DNA of 64,000 nt from Eubacteriales bacterium (GCA_045577755.1 JAZNJA010000055.1:974-64973); one strand, 5' to 3'. Counted from the first letter of the stretch, positions 8,260 to 20,019 are shown. Translations and numbers: made by a program. Notes: generated by a model not told the origin, from the sequence alone.

Positions 8260-9863
8260 TACTTGTAATCCTCCTCGTTCTTAGTAGAAGGAATGACGTT
8301 GTACACGATGAGGGACAGGACCGCCACCACGAGGAACACGCAGATACCGATGATGGAGGCATCATAGTAGCGGGTATCCGCCGAGCCCAGGGTCATCTTG
8401 TACAGCCAGGTGATGAGCAGGTCGGTATGTCCCACCGAGACGCCGCCCGCCGTACCGATGTCGGTATTGATGGGGTTACCCGTACCGCCCGTCAACAGAT
8501 AAATGACGTTGAAGTTATTCAGGTTGTTGACAAAGCTGGTCAGCAGATAGGGGCCCGTGACGAAGAGCATATAGGGCAGGGTGATCTTGGTGTACTGCTG
8601 GAAGGTGTTGGCACCGTCGATACGGGAGGACTCGTAGAGATCCGAGGGGATGTTCATGAGAATACCCGTAGCCATCAGCATGATGTAGGGGATACCGATC
8701 CAGATGTTGATGACGATGAGCAGCACCTTGGCCACGTCGGGGGAATCCCACAGGGAGGTGAAGTGGTTGACGTCCAGATACTGATCGATGAATGGGATCT
8801 GGCCCAGAATACGGCCGATGAGTCCCGAGGAATCGAAGAGCTTGGAGACGTACATGAGGGAGACGAACTGGGGGATGGCGATGGTCATGACCAGCACGGT
8901 TCTCCAGAACTTCTTGAGCCTGATGCCCTTCTTGTTGATCATGATGGCCACGAACATACCCAGGAAGTAGTTGGAGAAGGTGGCGAAGAAGGACCACATG
9001 AGGGTCCAGGACAAAATCTCACCGAAGGCCAGACCCAGGCCGCCCTTACCGAAGTCGAAGAGGGCGTTGAAATGCTCCAGACCCACCCAGGAGAAGAGGT
9101 TGGAGTAGCCGTCGTGGCGGGCGTCGTAGTTGGTGAAGGCCACCAGCACCATGTAGATGATGGGCAGGACGGTGAAGGCCAGGATGCCCACCAGAGGCAG
9201 GGACAGAAGGGTCTTGTGGAACTGATCGTCCAGAAGGGACTTCATGTCCTGCTTGCCGCTGCGGACCTTCTTGCCCTTGGCGGTGATGTCCATACAGATG
9301 CGGCACTGCTTGACCTGGAGACGCCAGGTGTAGATACAGCCGATTATGAAGATGATGGTCAGAAGGCCGTAGAGCATGACCTTGACCGAGTCGTCACCGG
9401 GGACCCAGACGTCGGTATCGTAGATGGGATCGTACTGGAAGCCGCCCTGGACCGTACCGACGGTCTCGCCGACCTTGAACCAGTTGCCCTTCCCCAGCCA
9501 GTAGAGGCCCGTACCCAGGGCATTGCCGCCGATGGGAATGAACATGAAGAAGACGAATACGATCTCGAACAGCAGAAACAGCATACCGCGCAAGAACTGT
9601 CCGTAGAAGAAATTACCGAAGCCGAAGATGAAGAAGGAGATCTTCACCGCCCAGTTACCCTTGATGAAGGTATAGCCGATGTCCTTGAACTCGTTTACAA
9701 CCGCCAGACCGCAGTTCTTGAAGAACGTGAGGATGCCGCGGCCAAGCTTCGCGAACCACAGGGGAATGGCGCAGAAGAACAGCTTCAGGTTGTAGAGAAA
9801 CGCTTGGAATTTGTTGAGCTTTAGGTACTCAAGCGGGCTGAGTCTTTTCATAGTCTGATACAA
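8259..9863 (-). CDS. carbohydrate ABC transporter permease (MalF-like, long form)
   Basis: 534 aa, multi-TM, with EAA loop YESSRIDGANTFQQYTKITLP. Confidence 0.9.
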   Translation of the reverse strand: MYQTMKRLSPLEYLKLNKFQAFLYNLKLFFCAIPLWFAKLGRGILTFFKNCGLAVVNEFKDIGYTFIKGNWAVKISFFIFGFGNFFYGQFLRGMLFLLFEIVFVFFMFIPIGGNALGTGLYWLGKGNWFKVGETVGTVQGGFQYDPIYDTDVWVPGDDSVKVMLYGLLTIIFIIGCIYTWRLQVKQCRICMDITAKGKKVRSGKQDMKSLLDDQFHKTLLSLPLVGILAFTVLPIIYMVLVAFTNYDARHDGYSNLFSWVGLEHFNALFDFGKGGLGLAFGEILSWTLMWSFFATFSNYFLGMFVAIMINKKGIRLKKFWRTVLVMTIAIPQFVSLMYVSKLFDSSGLIGRILGQIPFIDQYLDVNHFTSLWDSPDVAKVLLIVINIWIGIPYIMLMATGILMNIPSDLYESSRIDGANTFQQYTKITLPYMLFVTGPYLLTSFVNNLNNFNVIYLLTGGTGNPINTDIGTAGGVSVGHTDLLITWLYKMTLGSADTRYYDASIIGICVFLVVAVLSLIVYNVIPSTKNEEDYK

Positions 9864-10007
9864 CCGCGTTTATGCGAACTCCTTTGTAGAATAAAAGGGC
9901 ACCGTACACCGATATACAAGACACCTTTGGTCTATGCATACAGGCTACAATGCCCTTTATGCGTGAGACGGGGAGGGGGACTCCCCATCTCGTTTGGTTG
10001 TGGTAAA

Positions 10008-11573
10008 TTACTCGGTCACGGGGATCAGGGTAACGGTACCGCCCTGGGCGCCGTCCCAAACCAGCTGAACCTTGTACTTGCCGTCAGCCTCAACGACGAT
10101 GTTAGCGCCGTTGAACTCAACGCCGAAGTTCACGTCCCAGGAAGCGCCCTGGCGAACCTTGAACTCCTGGCCGGCCTTCAGCTCCAGAACCTCGGAGGTG
10201 TAGGTGCCTGCGGGCTCCTCGGTCATGGGGAAGTCGGTATCCCAGTTGGTGTCGCAGATGTTACCGATCACGCCCCAAGCGTTCTTCTGCTCGTCGGTCA
10301 TCTGGAACAGACCGTCGATGGTGGTCTTGTACTCATCCAGAGCGGTCTGGAGGTCAGCGTCGGAGGTAGCGGCCTTAGCGTCAGCGCCCAGGACCTTGGC
10401 GATATCCCACCAAGAACCGTGGATCTGACCCTGAGGAACACCGAACTCACCCTGCTTAGCCAGAGCAGCCAGAGAGGGGTTAGCCTGGACAGCCTCGGAA
10501 GCCTGAGCAGCCTTGTTGGAGGGACCCCACTGGAACTGCTCGTATCTCTCCAGCTGGCACTCCTCGCCGGTCAGGTACTGAGCCAGCAGAGAGAGGACAG
10601 CGGCCTTCTTAGCGTCGGTCTGGGGCTTGACACCCATCAGCTTGTTACCGGTGTAGGAGCCCAGGTGGTAGGACTTGCCATCCACCTCGAAGGAGGGCAG
10701 GTCGGTTGCGCCGAAGTTCGCGCCGAAGTGCTCCTCGGCGGCCTCAGCGTTCCAGATACCGGTGATGATGACACCGGCGTCGGTGAAGATATCAGCGTTG
10801 CTGTCGTAGCAGGAGGACTGAGCCAGCTTCTGCATACCCTTCATAGCAGCCAGACCCTCAGCGGAGTTGAAGGTGTCATCCACGGAGGTGAAGTTACCCT
10901 CGGTGTCCATGGACCAGTTGGAGTGGCAGCCGGTAGCGAAGAAGAAGGAAGCGGTGTACCAAGCGTTCTCCAGAGCGTAGCGGAACTTCAGGTTGTTGGC
11001 CTCGCAAGCGGCGATGAGCTTCTCCATGGACTCAGCATCCTCGGCGGAGATGATGCTGGTGTTGTAGTACATGTAGTAGCCGTTGTCGGAGGTCATGGGG
11101 TAAGCGTACAGGGTACCGGCAACGGAAGCGGCGGCAACGGAGCCGGCGTCGTTGTTGCTCTTGATGGTCTCAGCGGCCATCTTACCGGGAGCGGCCAGAG
11201 CGGCGGCCTGGACAAGGCGAGCCAGCTGGTCCTGAGCGAAGCAGTAGATGTCGGGAGCGGTAGCCACGTCAGCGACAACCAGGGAACCGGCGTCAGCCTC
11301 GGTAACACCCTCGATCTTGGCGTTGATGACGATGCCGGGGTTGGCAGCCATGAAAGCCTCGATCTGCTTCTGGGTCAGGGCAGCGACGCCCTCCTTCTCG
11401 GACACCCACATGGTGATGTCGTAGGTGCCTGCAAGCTCAGCGCTGGCGTTGCCATTGTTATTGGAGCCTGCGGTGGTCTCCTCATTACCGGCATTGTAAG
11501 TGGTGCAGGATGCGAAGCAAGCAACCAGCATCAGAGCGGCCAGCACGAGGGACAGAATCTTACTCATCTTCAT
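10008..11573 (-). CDS. extracellular sugar-binding lipoprotein (ABC SBP) with extra C-terminal CBM-like beta-sandwich
   Basis: Start re-set to an ATG 10 nt after GGAGGA. Signal and lipobox MKMSKILSLVLAALMLVACFASC. The MalE-like body is followed by about 100 extra aa (WGVIGNICDTNWDTDFPM...LKAGQEFKVRQGASWDVNFG). Confidence 0.9.
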   Translation of the reverse strand: MKMSKILSLVLAALMLVACFASCTTYNAGNEETTAGSNNNGNASAELAGTYDITMWVSEKEGVAALTQKQIEAFMAANPGIVINAKIEGVTEADAGSLVVADVATAPDIYCFAQDQLARLVQAAALAAPGKMAAETIKSNNDAGSVAAASVAGTLYAYPMTSDNGYYMYYNTSIISAEDAESMEKLIAACEANNLKFRYALENAWYTASFFFATGCHSNWSMDTEGNFTSVDDTFNSAEGLAAMKGMQKLAQSSCYDSNADIFTDAGVIITGIWNAEAAEEHFGANFGATDLPSFEVDGKSYHLGSYTGNKLMGVKPQTDAKKAAVLSLLAQYLTGEECQLERYEQFQWGPSNKAAQASEAVQANPSLAALAKQGEFGVPQGQIHGSWWDIAKVLGADAKAATSDADLQTALDEYKTTIDGLFQMTDEQKNAWGVIGNICDTNWDTDFPMTEEPAGTYTSEVLELKAGQEFKVRQGASWDVNFGVEFNGANIVVEADGKYKVQLVWDGAQGGTVTLIPVTE

Positions 11574-11627
11574 AACAAGTAAATCCTCCATTGTTTTTAA
11601 TTTTTACGCCTGAGGCGTATTCAACTT

Positions 11628-11656
11628 ATTATATCATTTTCTTTTTGTTTTGTCAA
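11628..11656 (-). promoter_or_regulatory. consensus sigma-A promoter internal to the glucan operon, upstream of the SBP gene
   Basis: Minus strand reads TTGACA-17 nt-TATAAT exactly, about 55 nt upstream of the SBP start. Confidence 0.65.
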
Positions 11657-11743
11657 CAAAAAAATGAACCTTTGGTTGATTTTCAGCGTTGTGGACAATT
11701 TCCAGCCTAATTGGACATAAATTCCCGATTCCATGCACAAAAT

Positions 11744-13357
11744 TCAGCCGAGGATCACGCTGGTCTGGGGGCCTACGGTCAGAATGCTCCCCTCCAGGGT
11801 GGCGTTTCCGACACCGATGGCATCCAAAATCTCGGAGGGGATAAAGCCATCGTTCCCCGTCAGAGCGGACAGATCCAGCGTCAGCTCCTCCATGGAGGTG
11901 TTGTGGATCAGAAGCAAGGTGTCGTCGTCATGGCGGATGACGAAGCCGCCGAGGTTCTTCTCAACGTTGACGGCGGTATAGTCCCCGCGGGCGATGGCGG
12001 GATACTTATGACGGACCGAAAGGAGCTTACAATAGTAATTGTAGAGGCTTGCCCCGTCGGCCATCTGGGTGGCGGCGGTGGTGGGGATCTGCTTGTCGGC
12101 GGGATAGGTGGAGCCTACGGGGTCGCGGATGAGGTCGTCATCCCCCCAGAGCATGGCCAGGCGGCGGTTGGCATCGGTATTCTCACCGCCGCGGGAGCCC
12201 CGCATACCCAGCTCCTCGCCGTAGTAGATCACGGGGGATCCGGGGGAGAGGAGGTAGAGGTTGGCCGCCATGCGCATATGGTTCTCGGTGATGAAGGCAC
12301 CCGCGATGCGGTCCATGTCGTGGTTGGACAGGAAGGACATCATCATGCCGTCGGGATTTTTCGCCAGCACCTTGTCCTGATAGGAAGTGATGTAGCCCGT
12401 GTACTTGGAGATGGACTGTCCCTTGGCGGCGTTGGCCACCACGCCCTCGGCCTGGGCCATGGTGAAGTTGAAGCAGTTGAGGGCGGGGAAATACTCCAGC
12501 ACCTCGCTGTCCCCCGACCAGCACTCGCCCACGCAGTAGATATCGGGCTTGATCGCACGCAGCTCGGTCATGTACCACTCCCAGAAGTCCACCGAGCGGG
12601 CGGTGTCCCCGAAGTAGATGTACTTCACCGCGTCGAAGCGGAAGCCGTCCACACCCAGGTCCAGGTAGTGCTTGGCCACGTCCAGAGAGGCCTTACGCAC
12701 CGCGGGATTGTCGAAGTTCAGCTCGGGCATCCCCCCCGAGAAATTGCACTCGTACCAGCAGTCCACTCCTGCGATCTTCTGGTAGGTCACGCCGTTCACC
12801 TTCTCGGCGGTGGTGGCGCAGGAGTAGAAATCGTAGTAGGGGTCGGACGTATTGCCGCCCACGCGGGCCTCCTTGAACTTAAGGAACCACTCGTGCTGAT
12901 TGGATGTGTGGTTGATGGCCAGGTCCAGGATGACCTTGACGTTGCGCTCGTGGCAGAGAGTAATGAGCTCTTTCAGATCCTCCTCGGTGCCGAACCGCCA
13001 ATCGATGGCGTAGTAGTCCTTGGCGTCGTACTTGTGGTAGGAGGGGGAGGTGAAGATGGGGGAGAGCCAGATGCCCTGGACGCCCAAGCTCTTACCCGAG
13101 TGAATGTTGCCGTCGTTGAGGTAATCCAGGCGGTTGATGATGCCCCGCAGGTCTCCGATGCCGTCGCCGTTGGAGTCCGAGAAGGATCCCACGAAGATCT
13201 GGTAGAAGGTGCGGAAGTTGTCGTCGATGGGATCGACCTCAGCCTCGGGCCCGGAGGGCTGATCCTTCCCGCCGCCGCAGGCGGTCATGGCCAGTGCCGA
13301 GAGAAGGACCGTAGCGGCCAGCAGAGCCGAGATCCACTTGATCTTGTTCTTTTGCAT
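11744..13357 (-). CDS. GH13 alpha-amylase-family lipoprotein
   Basis: 537 aa with lipoprotein signal ...LSALAMTACGG. GH13 conserved regions DLAINHTS, GVDGFRFDAVKY, VGECW and FLSNHD. Confidence 0.9.
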   Translation of the reverse strand: MQKNKIKWISALLAATVLLSALAMTACGGGKDQPSGPEAEVDPIDDNFRTFYQIFVGSFSDSNGDGIGDLRGIINRLDYLNDGNIHSGKSLGVQGIWLSPIFTSPSYHKYDAKDYYAIDWRFGTEEDLKELITLCHERNVKVILDLAINHTSNQHEWFLKFKEARVGGNTSDPYYDFYSCATTAEKVNGVTYQKIAGVDCWYECNFSGGMPELNFDNPAVRKASLDVAKHYLDLGVDGFRFDAVKYIYFGDTARSVDFWEWYMTELRAIKPDIYCVGECWSGDSEVLEYFPALNCFNFTMAQAEGVVANAAKGQSISKYTGYITSYQDKVLAKNPDGMMMSFLSNHDMDRIAGAFITENHMRMAANLYLLSPGSPVIYYGEELGMRGSRGGENTDANRRLAMLWGDDDLIRDPVGSTYPADKQIPTTAATQMADGASLYNYYCKLLSVRHKYPAIARGDYTAVNVEKNLGGFVIRHDDDTLLLIHNTSMEELTLDLSALTGNDGFIPSEILDAIGVGNATLEGSILTVGPQTSVILG

Positions 13358-13360
13358 AAT

Positions 13361-14692
<1,332 letters not shown>

Positions 14693-17368
14693 TTACTTGA
14701 CCAGGGTGTCGCTCACATACACGCGGATGCTGATGCCCTCCAGGGTGACGCTTCCGCTCTGCTTCTCCAGAACGCTACCGCCTGCGCGGGTGCCGTCGGC
14801 CACCAGGTTCCACTCGCCCTCCAGAGTGTAGGGCAGACCCGTGTTGTGGGGATTGATGACCACCAGAGCCTTACCGCCCTGACCGTCCTCGAAGATAATG
14901 GCCAGGATGCCGCTGCCCAGCTCCTCCACGCCCGCCACGGTGGCGGCCTTATCGGTGAAGATGCCGAAGGTCTTTCTCATCTCGATAAGTCCCTTATAGT
15001 AGAGCATGGTGGTGTACTCGCGGCTGCCCTCCTTGAGGACAGACCAGTTGATGTTGTTGATGGCGTCGGAGGACTTGTAGCTGTTCTCGTCGCCGTCCTT
15101 GGTGCGGAGCATCTCCTCACCCGCCTGCCAGAAGGGAGTACCCTTGGAGATGAGGTTGATGGCCGCGCCCAGATTGTTCATGCGGTTTCGCTCGTCGTCG
15201 CTGTTGTCGGGGTTGGAGAGCAGGAGCTTATCCCACAGGGTGTTGTTGTCGTGGGCGCTCAGGTAGTTGATGACCAGGCTGTCGGGTACGGTCCAGCCCA
15301 CACCGGCACCCTGACCGCCCTTGATGCCGAAGAGCACCTTGTTCTTGTTGGCGGTGGTGGCGCCGCTGATGAAGCCCTTGGAGGCCTTATCGAACACGCT
15401 TCCCTTCAGACCGTCGCGGATGGCGTCGTTGAAGACGGCGATACCGCCGATGGCATCCCCCGTGGGATTGATCTGGCCAATATTGCCCTGGTTAGCCTGG
15501 GCAGAGCCGTCGATGGTGGCACCCATGGTCCAGCCCTCGCCGTAGAGGATGGCGTGGGGGTTGACGGTGTGGACGGCGGACTCCACCTTTTGCATGGTCT
15601 CCAGGTCGTGGAGGCCCATCAGGTCAAAGCGCAGACCGTCCAGGTGGTACTCCTCGGTCCAGTAGGCGGTGGATTCCACCATGAACTTACCGAACATATA
15701 GCGCTCCGAGGCGGTGTCGTTGCCGCAGCCGCTGGCGGAGGAGTTGGCGCCCGTATTGGTGTAGCGGTAGTAGTAGTAAGGAACGATACGGTTGAATGAG
15801 CTGTTGGCATCGTAGGTATGGTTGTAGACCATATCCATGATGACGCCGATGCCCGCCCTGTGGAGGGCCTGCACCATCTGCTTGAACTCACGGATGCGGA
15901 CGTCACCGTTGTGAGGGTCGGTGGAGTAGCTGCCCTCGGGGACGTTGTAGTTCTTGGGATCGTAGCCCCAGTTGAACTCGGCATCGGGGTTGCCCTCGTC
16001 CACGGTGGCGTAGTCGTACACGGGGAGGAGATGAACGTGGGTGATGCCCAGCTGCTTCAGATAGTCCACACCCACAGCCATGCCGTGCTCGTTGACAAGA
16101 CCGGATTCGGTGAAGGCCAGGTACTTGCCCTTATACTGCGAGGACGCGATCTTGTTGGAGAAGTCCCGGACGTGGACCTCCCAGATGATAGCCTCGGTGT
16201 AGGAATGGATGGGGTTCTGCAGGATATCGGTGTCCCAGCCCTCGGGGTTGGTCTTGGTAAGATCCACCACCATGGAGCGGTTGCCGTTCAAGCCCGCGGC
16301 CTTGCCGTAGGGGTCGGTGGCGGTCTGGGTGCCGACAGCGGTGGTGACGGTGTAGGTGTAGTAGGTACCGTGACCGCAGGCCTCGGTGTGGCTCCAGACA
16401 CCCTTCTCCCCGCGGGTCATGGGGATATTCTTGATGAGAGACTCGGTGTGACCGTCGGAGTAGAGATTCAGACTCACTTCAGAAGCGGTGGGAGCCCAGA
16501 CCTTGAAGGTGGTCTGATCGCCGTTGACGACAGAGCCGAGATCGGTGCCGTCGTAGTGGAAGTTATCGGCGAAGTACTTGCTGTCGAAGATGTCCATGGG
16601 CACCACGGTCTTTTCGCCGTAGCCCTCGATCTCCACGCGGTAGCTCTTGGAGAGGTCCAGGGCCTCCTCCACTTCAATATAGCCGGTAGCGGCCTCGCGG
16701 CCCATGGTGGAGATGCCCACCACCTTCAGCTCGCGGTCGCCCTCGTAGACCTTGACCTGGCTGTATTCCTTAATGGTAATCTTGGGGTTGACACGGTACT
16801 CGATCTTATGCTGATCCGCCATACCCGCCATAGAGAAATCCTTGATCATATAGAGTGTCTTTCCTCCGTCATCGCTCTTGTACTGGTTGCCGTCACCGGG
16901 CTTGAGGTAGACGAAGGTCTCCTTGCCCTCAATGGTGACGAAGCGGTCCTGATCGAAGTCCTTGGTGGCATTGCCCCAGGAGGTGCCGCCGGGCTCGGAG
17001 CAGTCCTTGCGGACGATGAAGCCCACCTGAGTTACGCCCTCGGGGATATTCACCACGACCTTGGCACCGTAGCCGCACTCGTGGAACAGGTAGCCCTTAC
17101 CGGCCACGTCTCCCCACCAGATCCACATATCGCAGTTCTCATAGCTGCCGTTGTAGGTCCAGTAGAAGGTGACCTGGTTGTAGCCCTCCTCCGGAGGGAG
17201 CTTATACTCGTTCTCAGGGATGTCGGGGGTGGGCTGCCCCTGGGTCTCCGGGGTATCGGTCGTGTCGGTCGTGTCGGGGTTGGCCGCAGGCTGGCAGGCC
17301 ATCAGCAGCGCCGACAGGATCATGAGCAGCGCCAGCAGCAGCGCCACGTTTCTTTTGGTTTGTGTCAT
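14693..17368 (-). CDS. pulA: type I pullulanase (GH13 with N-terminal CBM-like domains), lipoprotein
   Basis: 891 aa with signal ...SALLMACQ. GH13 regions DMVYNHT, GLRFDLMG, YGEGW and YLSAHDN. N-terminal Trp-rich CBM-like region. Confidence 0.92.
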   Translation of the reverse strand: MTQTKRNVALLLALLMILSALLMACQPAANPDTTDTTDTPETQGQPTPDIPENEYKLPPEEGYNQVTFYWTYNGSYENCDMWIWWGDVAGKGYLFHECGYGAKVVVNIPEGVTQVGFIVRKDCSEPGGTSWGNATKDFDQDRFVTIEGKETFVYLKPGDGNQYKSDDGGKTLYMIKDFSMAGMADQHKIEYRVNPKITIKEYSQVKVYEGDRELKVVGISTMGREAATGYIEVEEALDLSKSYRVEIEGYGEKTVVPMDIFDSKYFADNFHYDGTDLGSVVNGDQTTFKVWAPTASEVSLNLYSDGHTESLIKNIPMTRGEKGVWSHTEACGHGTYYTYTVTTAVGTQTATDPYGKAAGLNGNRSMVVDLTKTNPEGWDTDILQNPIHSYTEAIIWEVHVRDFSNKIASSQYKGKYLAFTESGLVNEHGMAVGVDYLKQLGITHVHLLPVYDYATVDEGNPDAEFNWGYDPKNYNVPEGSYSTDPHNGDVRIREFKQMVQALHRAGIGVIMDMVYNHTYDANSSFNRIVPYYYYRYTNTGANSSASGCGNDTASERYMFGKFMVESTAYWTEEYHLDGLRFDLMGLHDLETMQKVESAVHTVNPHAILYGEGWTMGATIDGSAQANQGNIGQINPTGDAIGGIAVFNDAIRDGLKGSVFDKASKGFISGATTANKNKVLFGIKGGQGAGVGWTVPDSLVINYLSAHDNNTLWDKLLLSNPDNSDDERNRMNNLGAAINLISKGTPFWQAGEEMLRTKDGDENSYKSSDAINNINWSVLKEGSREYTTMLYYKGLIEMRKTFGIFTDKAATVAGVEELGSGILAIIFEDGQGGKALVVINPHNTGLPYTLEGEWNLVADGTRAGGSVLEKQSGSVTLEGISIRVYVSDTLVK

Positions 17369-17416
17369 GGGTGTCTCCTTATATGGTTTTGTGGCTTTTT
17401 TACAGCCTTAAATTAT

Positions 17417-17445
17417 ATTATATCATAGAATCTCCGTTTGCGCAA
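17417..17445 (-). promoter_or_regulatory. candidate promoter of the pullulanase operon
   Basis: Minus strand reads TTGCGC-17 nt-TATAAT, about 45 nt upstream of the 17368 start. Confidence 0.6.
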
Positions 17446-17510
17446 GGGGGGGAGAGCCCAAAAGTTGCCCATTCAAGGCATCGAATGGCTTTTTTATTCC
17501 CCGCAGGGCC

Positions 17511-17539
17511 TTGTATTCTTGCCGCCGATATGCTATAAT
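17511..17539 (+). promoter_or_regulatory. candidate promoter of the beta-helix gene
   Basis: TTGTAT-17 nt-TATAAT, about 30 nt upstream of the re-set start at 17570. Confidence 0.55.
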
Positions 17540-17569
17540 GGTAATGATCACGAAAAAGGAGATGACGGT

Positions 17570-19075
17570 ATGATCAAAGCGACACAGGAGCTTCTCGTCT
17601 CCCTGGAGGAGGCCTGTACCGAGCGGAGGAACGGGATCCTCAGCGCCGGGGACAAGCTGACAATCCGAGGGCAGACCTACTACGTCAGCAACGACGGCGA
17701 TGACCGAAACGACGGTCTGTCCCCCGAGTGTCCCTGGAGGACTCTTCGCAGGGTATCAACCGCCCCTCTGGCCGAGGGTGACGGAGTGCGATTCCGACGG
17801 GGAGACCTGTTCCGCGGGAGCGTACAGACCAAGCCCGGGGTCACCTACGCCGCGTACGGAGAGGGTGACAAGCCAAAGCTCTACGCCTGGGACAAGAATC
17901 TCGCCGATCCCTCCCTCTGGGAGCCTTGGGATGGGGTGCACGGTATCTGGCATCTCACCGAGCCCATCCTCGATTGCGGCACCCTGGTCTTTGAGGGCGG
18001 AGAAGCCCATAGCCGCAAGCTCATTCCCTCCTATCGGGACGGAGGCTTCGTATGCCGCGACCATCCAAGCCGTCCCTTTGATATGGCGGCCGAGATGACG
18101 GAGGATCTGGACCTGGTCTGCCTCTACGACGGACGGCTGACGGATATTCCCTCCAAGGGGGAGGATTTTCCCGTCCCCATCATAGACGGCGAGAGCTTCG
18201 GGGACCTGTACCTGCGCTGTGACCGAGGCAACCCCGGGGCCGTCTTCGGGGACATTGAGGCGCTCCCCCGCAGACGGGTCTTCGCGATCGGGGGAAACGG
18301 CAACGTCACGGTAGACAATCTCTGTATCAAGTACACCGGAGAGCACGCCATCGCGGGGGGCGGCAGCTGCCTGCAGGGACTGCGGGTCACCAACTGCGAG
18401 ATCGGCTGGGTCGGTGGCTCCATCCAGCACTACTTCGGTACCGACCCCAACTACCCCGAAGGGGGCCGCGGCACCGTTACCCGCTACGGAAACGGCATCG
18501 AGATCTACGGCGGATGCGACGGCTACACTGTAGAGAACTGCTATATCTATCAGGTCTACGACGCCGCCATGACCCATCAGATCTCCACGGGCGGCGGTGT
18601 GTTCCGACTCCGCAACATCCTGTACCGCCACAATCTTGTGGAGCGATGCGTCTATTCCATCGAGTATTTTCTGGAAAAGGACCCCGCCGATACCGAGAGC
18701 CTCATCGAGAACTGCGAGATCAGCGACAATATCCTCCGCTTCTCGGGCTACGGATGGGGGCAGCAGCGACATAACACCGACACCCCCGCCCACGTCAAGG
18801 GCTGGAGCTACGAGAATACCGCGCGGAATTTCCGTATCCGTGGCAACCTCTTCGACCGCGCGGCCTACCGTATGATCCATTTGGTGGCCGGTGAGCGTGA
18901 GAGCTGCCCCGTGATGGAGGGCAACACCTACATACAGCGGTTGGGGCTGCCCCTGGGCCAGTACGGCTCCAAGCGGGACGGAGAGCCCCCCATCCTGGCC
19001 TTCGACACCCACGCTGAGGATGCCCTTCGCACCGTCGCGGGAGAGATCTCCCCTACCGTGTACGGGCTGGATTGA
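17570..19075 (+). CDS. cytoplasmic right-handed parallel beta-helix repeat protein (pectate-lyase-fold)
   Basis: Start re-set to the ATG after AAAGGAG. YYVSNDGDDRNDGLSPECPWRTL N-cap motif typical of this fold. No signal peptide. Confidence 0.75.
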   Translation: MIKATQELLVSLEEACTERRNGILSAGDKLTIRGQTYYVSNDGDDRNDGLSPECPWRTLRRVSTAPLAEGDGVRFRRGDLFRGSVQTKPGVTYAAYGEGDKPKLYAWDKNLADPSLWEPWDGVHGIWHLTEPILDCGTLVFEGGEAHSRKLIPSYRDGGFVCRDHPSRPFDMAAEMTEDLDLVCLYDGRLTDIPSKGEDFPVPIIDGESFGDLYLRCDRGNPGAVFGDIEALPRRRVFAIGGNGNVTVDNLCIKYTGEHAIAGGGSCLQGLRVTNCEIGWVGGSIQHYFGTDPNYPEGGRGTVTRYGNGIEIYGGCDGYTVENCYIYQVYDAAMTHQISTGGGVFRLRNILYRHNLVERCVYSIEYFLEKDPADTESLIENCEISDNILRFSGYGWGQQRHNTDTPAHVKGWSYENTARNFRIRGNLFDRAAYRMIHLVAGERESCPVMEGNTYIQRLGLPLGQYGSKRDGEPPILAFDTHAEDALRTVAGEISPTVYGLD

Positions 19076-19112
19076 CTGGTTTCGCCCCCGCGAGGGTGGC
19101 GGCTCCTCAAAC

Positions 19113-19153
19113 AAAAAAACACTTGCTTTCCTTACGAAGGCAAGTGTTTTTTT
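19113..19153. terminator. bidirectional rho-independent terminator between convergent genes
   Basis: A7-ACACTTGC...GCAAGTGT-T7 hairpin. Confidence 0.75.
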
Positions 19154-19173
19154 CGTGAGTCGGACAGGCGGGG

Positions 19174-20019
19174 TCAGTCGGGGGCGGTATCCCGCTCGGG
19201 GGCAAGCTCACCCAGCTTATCCAGCAGGTATTCCACGGCGGAGGTATCGGGTAGGCAGGCGTAATCCAACACGGGGACACACTCCGTCACGTTGATCAGC
19301 AGAGGAAGCAGGGCGTTGTTGAAGGCGGGATCGTCGGCGCTCTTGATGGCCTGACTGTACAGAGCCATGAAGGCGTGGCGGCGGTCCAGCCGCTCGGCGT
19401 GATTGGTCTTTCCTTGATGAAGATACACAATGGCACGGACGGGCGCCCACAGATCCCGGAAGATGCGGGAGGTTCCCGCCACGGGACCGCCATAGGCCAC
19501 GGGCCGATTCCCGTCCGCCGAGAGGATCACCTTGTCTCCGTTGATGATCTCGGCACCGAGATGCTCGACCCACAGGTTGGCCTGCGTGGACTTTCCCGTC
19601 CCCGAGGGGGCGGTGAAGAGAATGGCGCAGCCGTCGTGGATCACCGCGGAGGCGTGGAGCATGATCCGCTGATAGGGGAGAAGCAGCCGTTCCGGCATCA
19701 GAAACAGTACCCAGTTCGCGTTGACGCAGAACTTATCCGCGAGGCTTTGAGGAACAAAAAGCCGACAGGTGTGATTCCTGTCGGCCGGGATAACGCGGAT
19801 GAAGCATTCTCCGTCTTTTCTCGGAAAAATCTTAACGCTGTCAGAATCACTGTAGCAAGCTTGTTCTGTTCCAAAAATAACCTCTATGACCCAGTCCGGC
19901 TCGTGAGTCGAGAGATCCTCGCGCCAAAAGGCCGCGAGATTCTCGGGTAAACGCAAGGGGCGGGGCGCGAGGATACGAAGATGTATCCCCGCGATCCGCA
20001 GATCATAGGTATTCGTCAT
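19174..20019 (-). CDS. HPr kinase C-terminal-domain-like P-loop protein (K1), paralogue of 45256-45960
   Basis: 281 aa. RIMLHASAVIHDGCAILFTAPSGTGKST (Walker A) in the LHa..v...g.a.l..G.SG.GKS context of HprK-related kinases. GAGGA RBS. 14-nt gap after the peptide gene. Confidence 0.75.
   Translation of the reverse strand: MTNTYDLRIAGIHLRILAPRPLRLPENLAAFWREDLSTHEPDWVIEVIFGTEQACYSDSDSVKIFPRKDGECFIRVIPADRNHTCRLFVPQSLADKFCVNANWVLFLMPERLLLPYQRIMLHASAVIHDGCAILFTAPSGTGKSTQANLWVEHLGAEIINGDKVILSADGNRPVAYGGPVAGTSRIFRDLWAPVRAIVYLHQGKTNHAERLDRRHAFMALYSQAIKSADDPAFNNALLPLLINVTECVPVLDYACLPDTSAVEYLLDKLGELAPERDTAPD

Noticed and set aside
9864-10007. Hairpins between the SBP and permease genes (GAGACGGGGAG...CTCCCCATCTC at about 9967-9994; AAGGGCA...TGCCCTT) as a terminator
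   Set aside because: No U-tract follows on the transcribed strand. They are more likely an mRNA-stabilising or partial-attenuation structure, common after SBP genes. The evidence is not sufficient to annotate.
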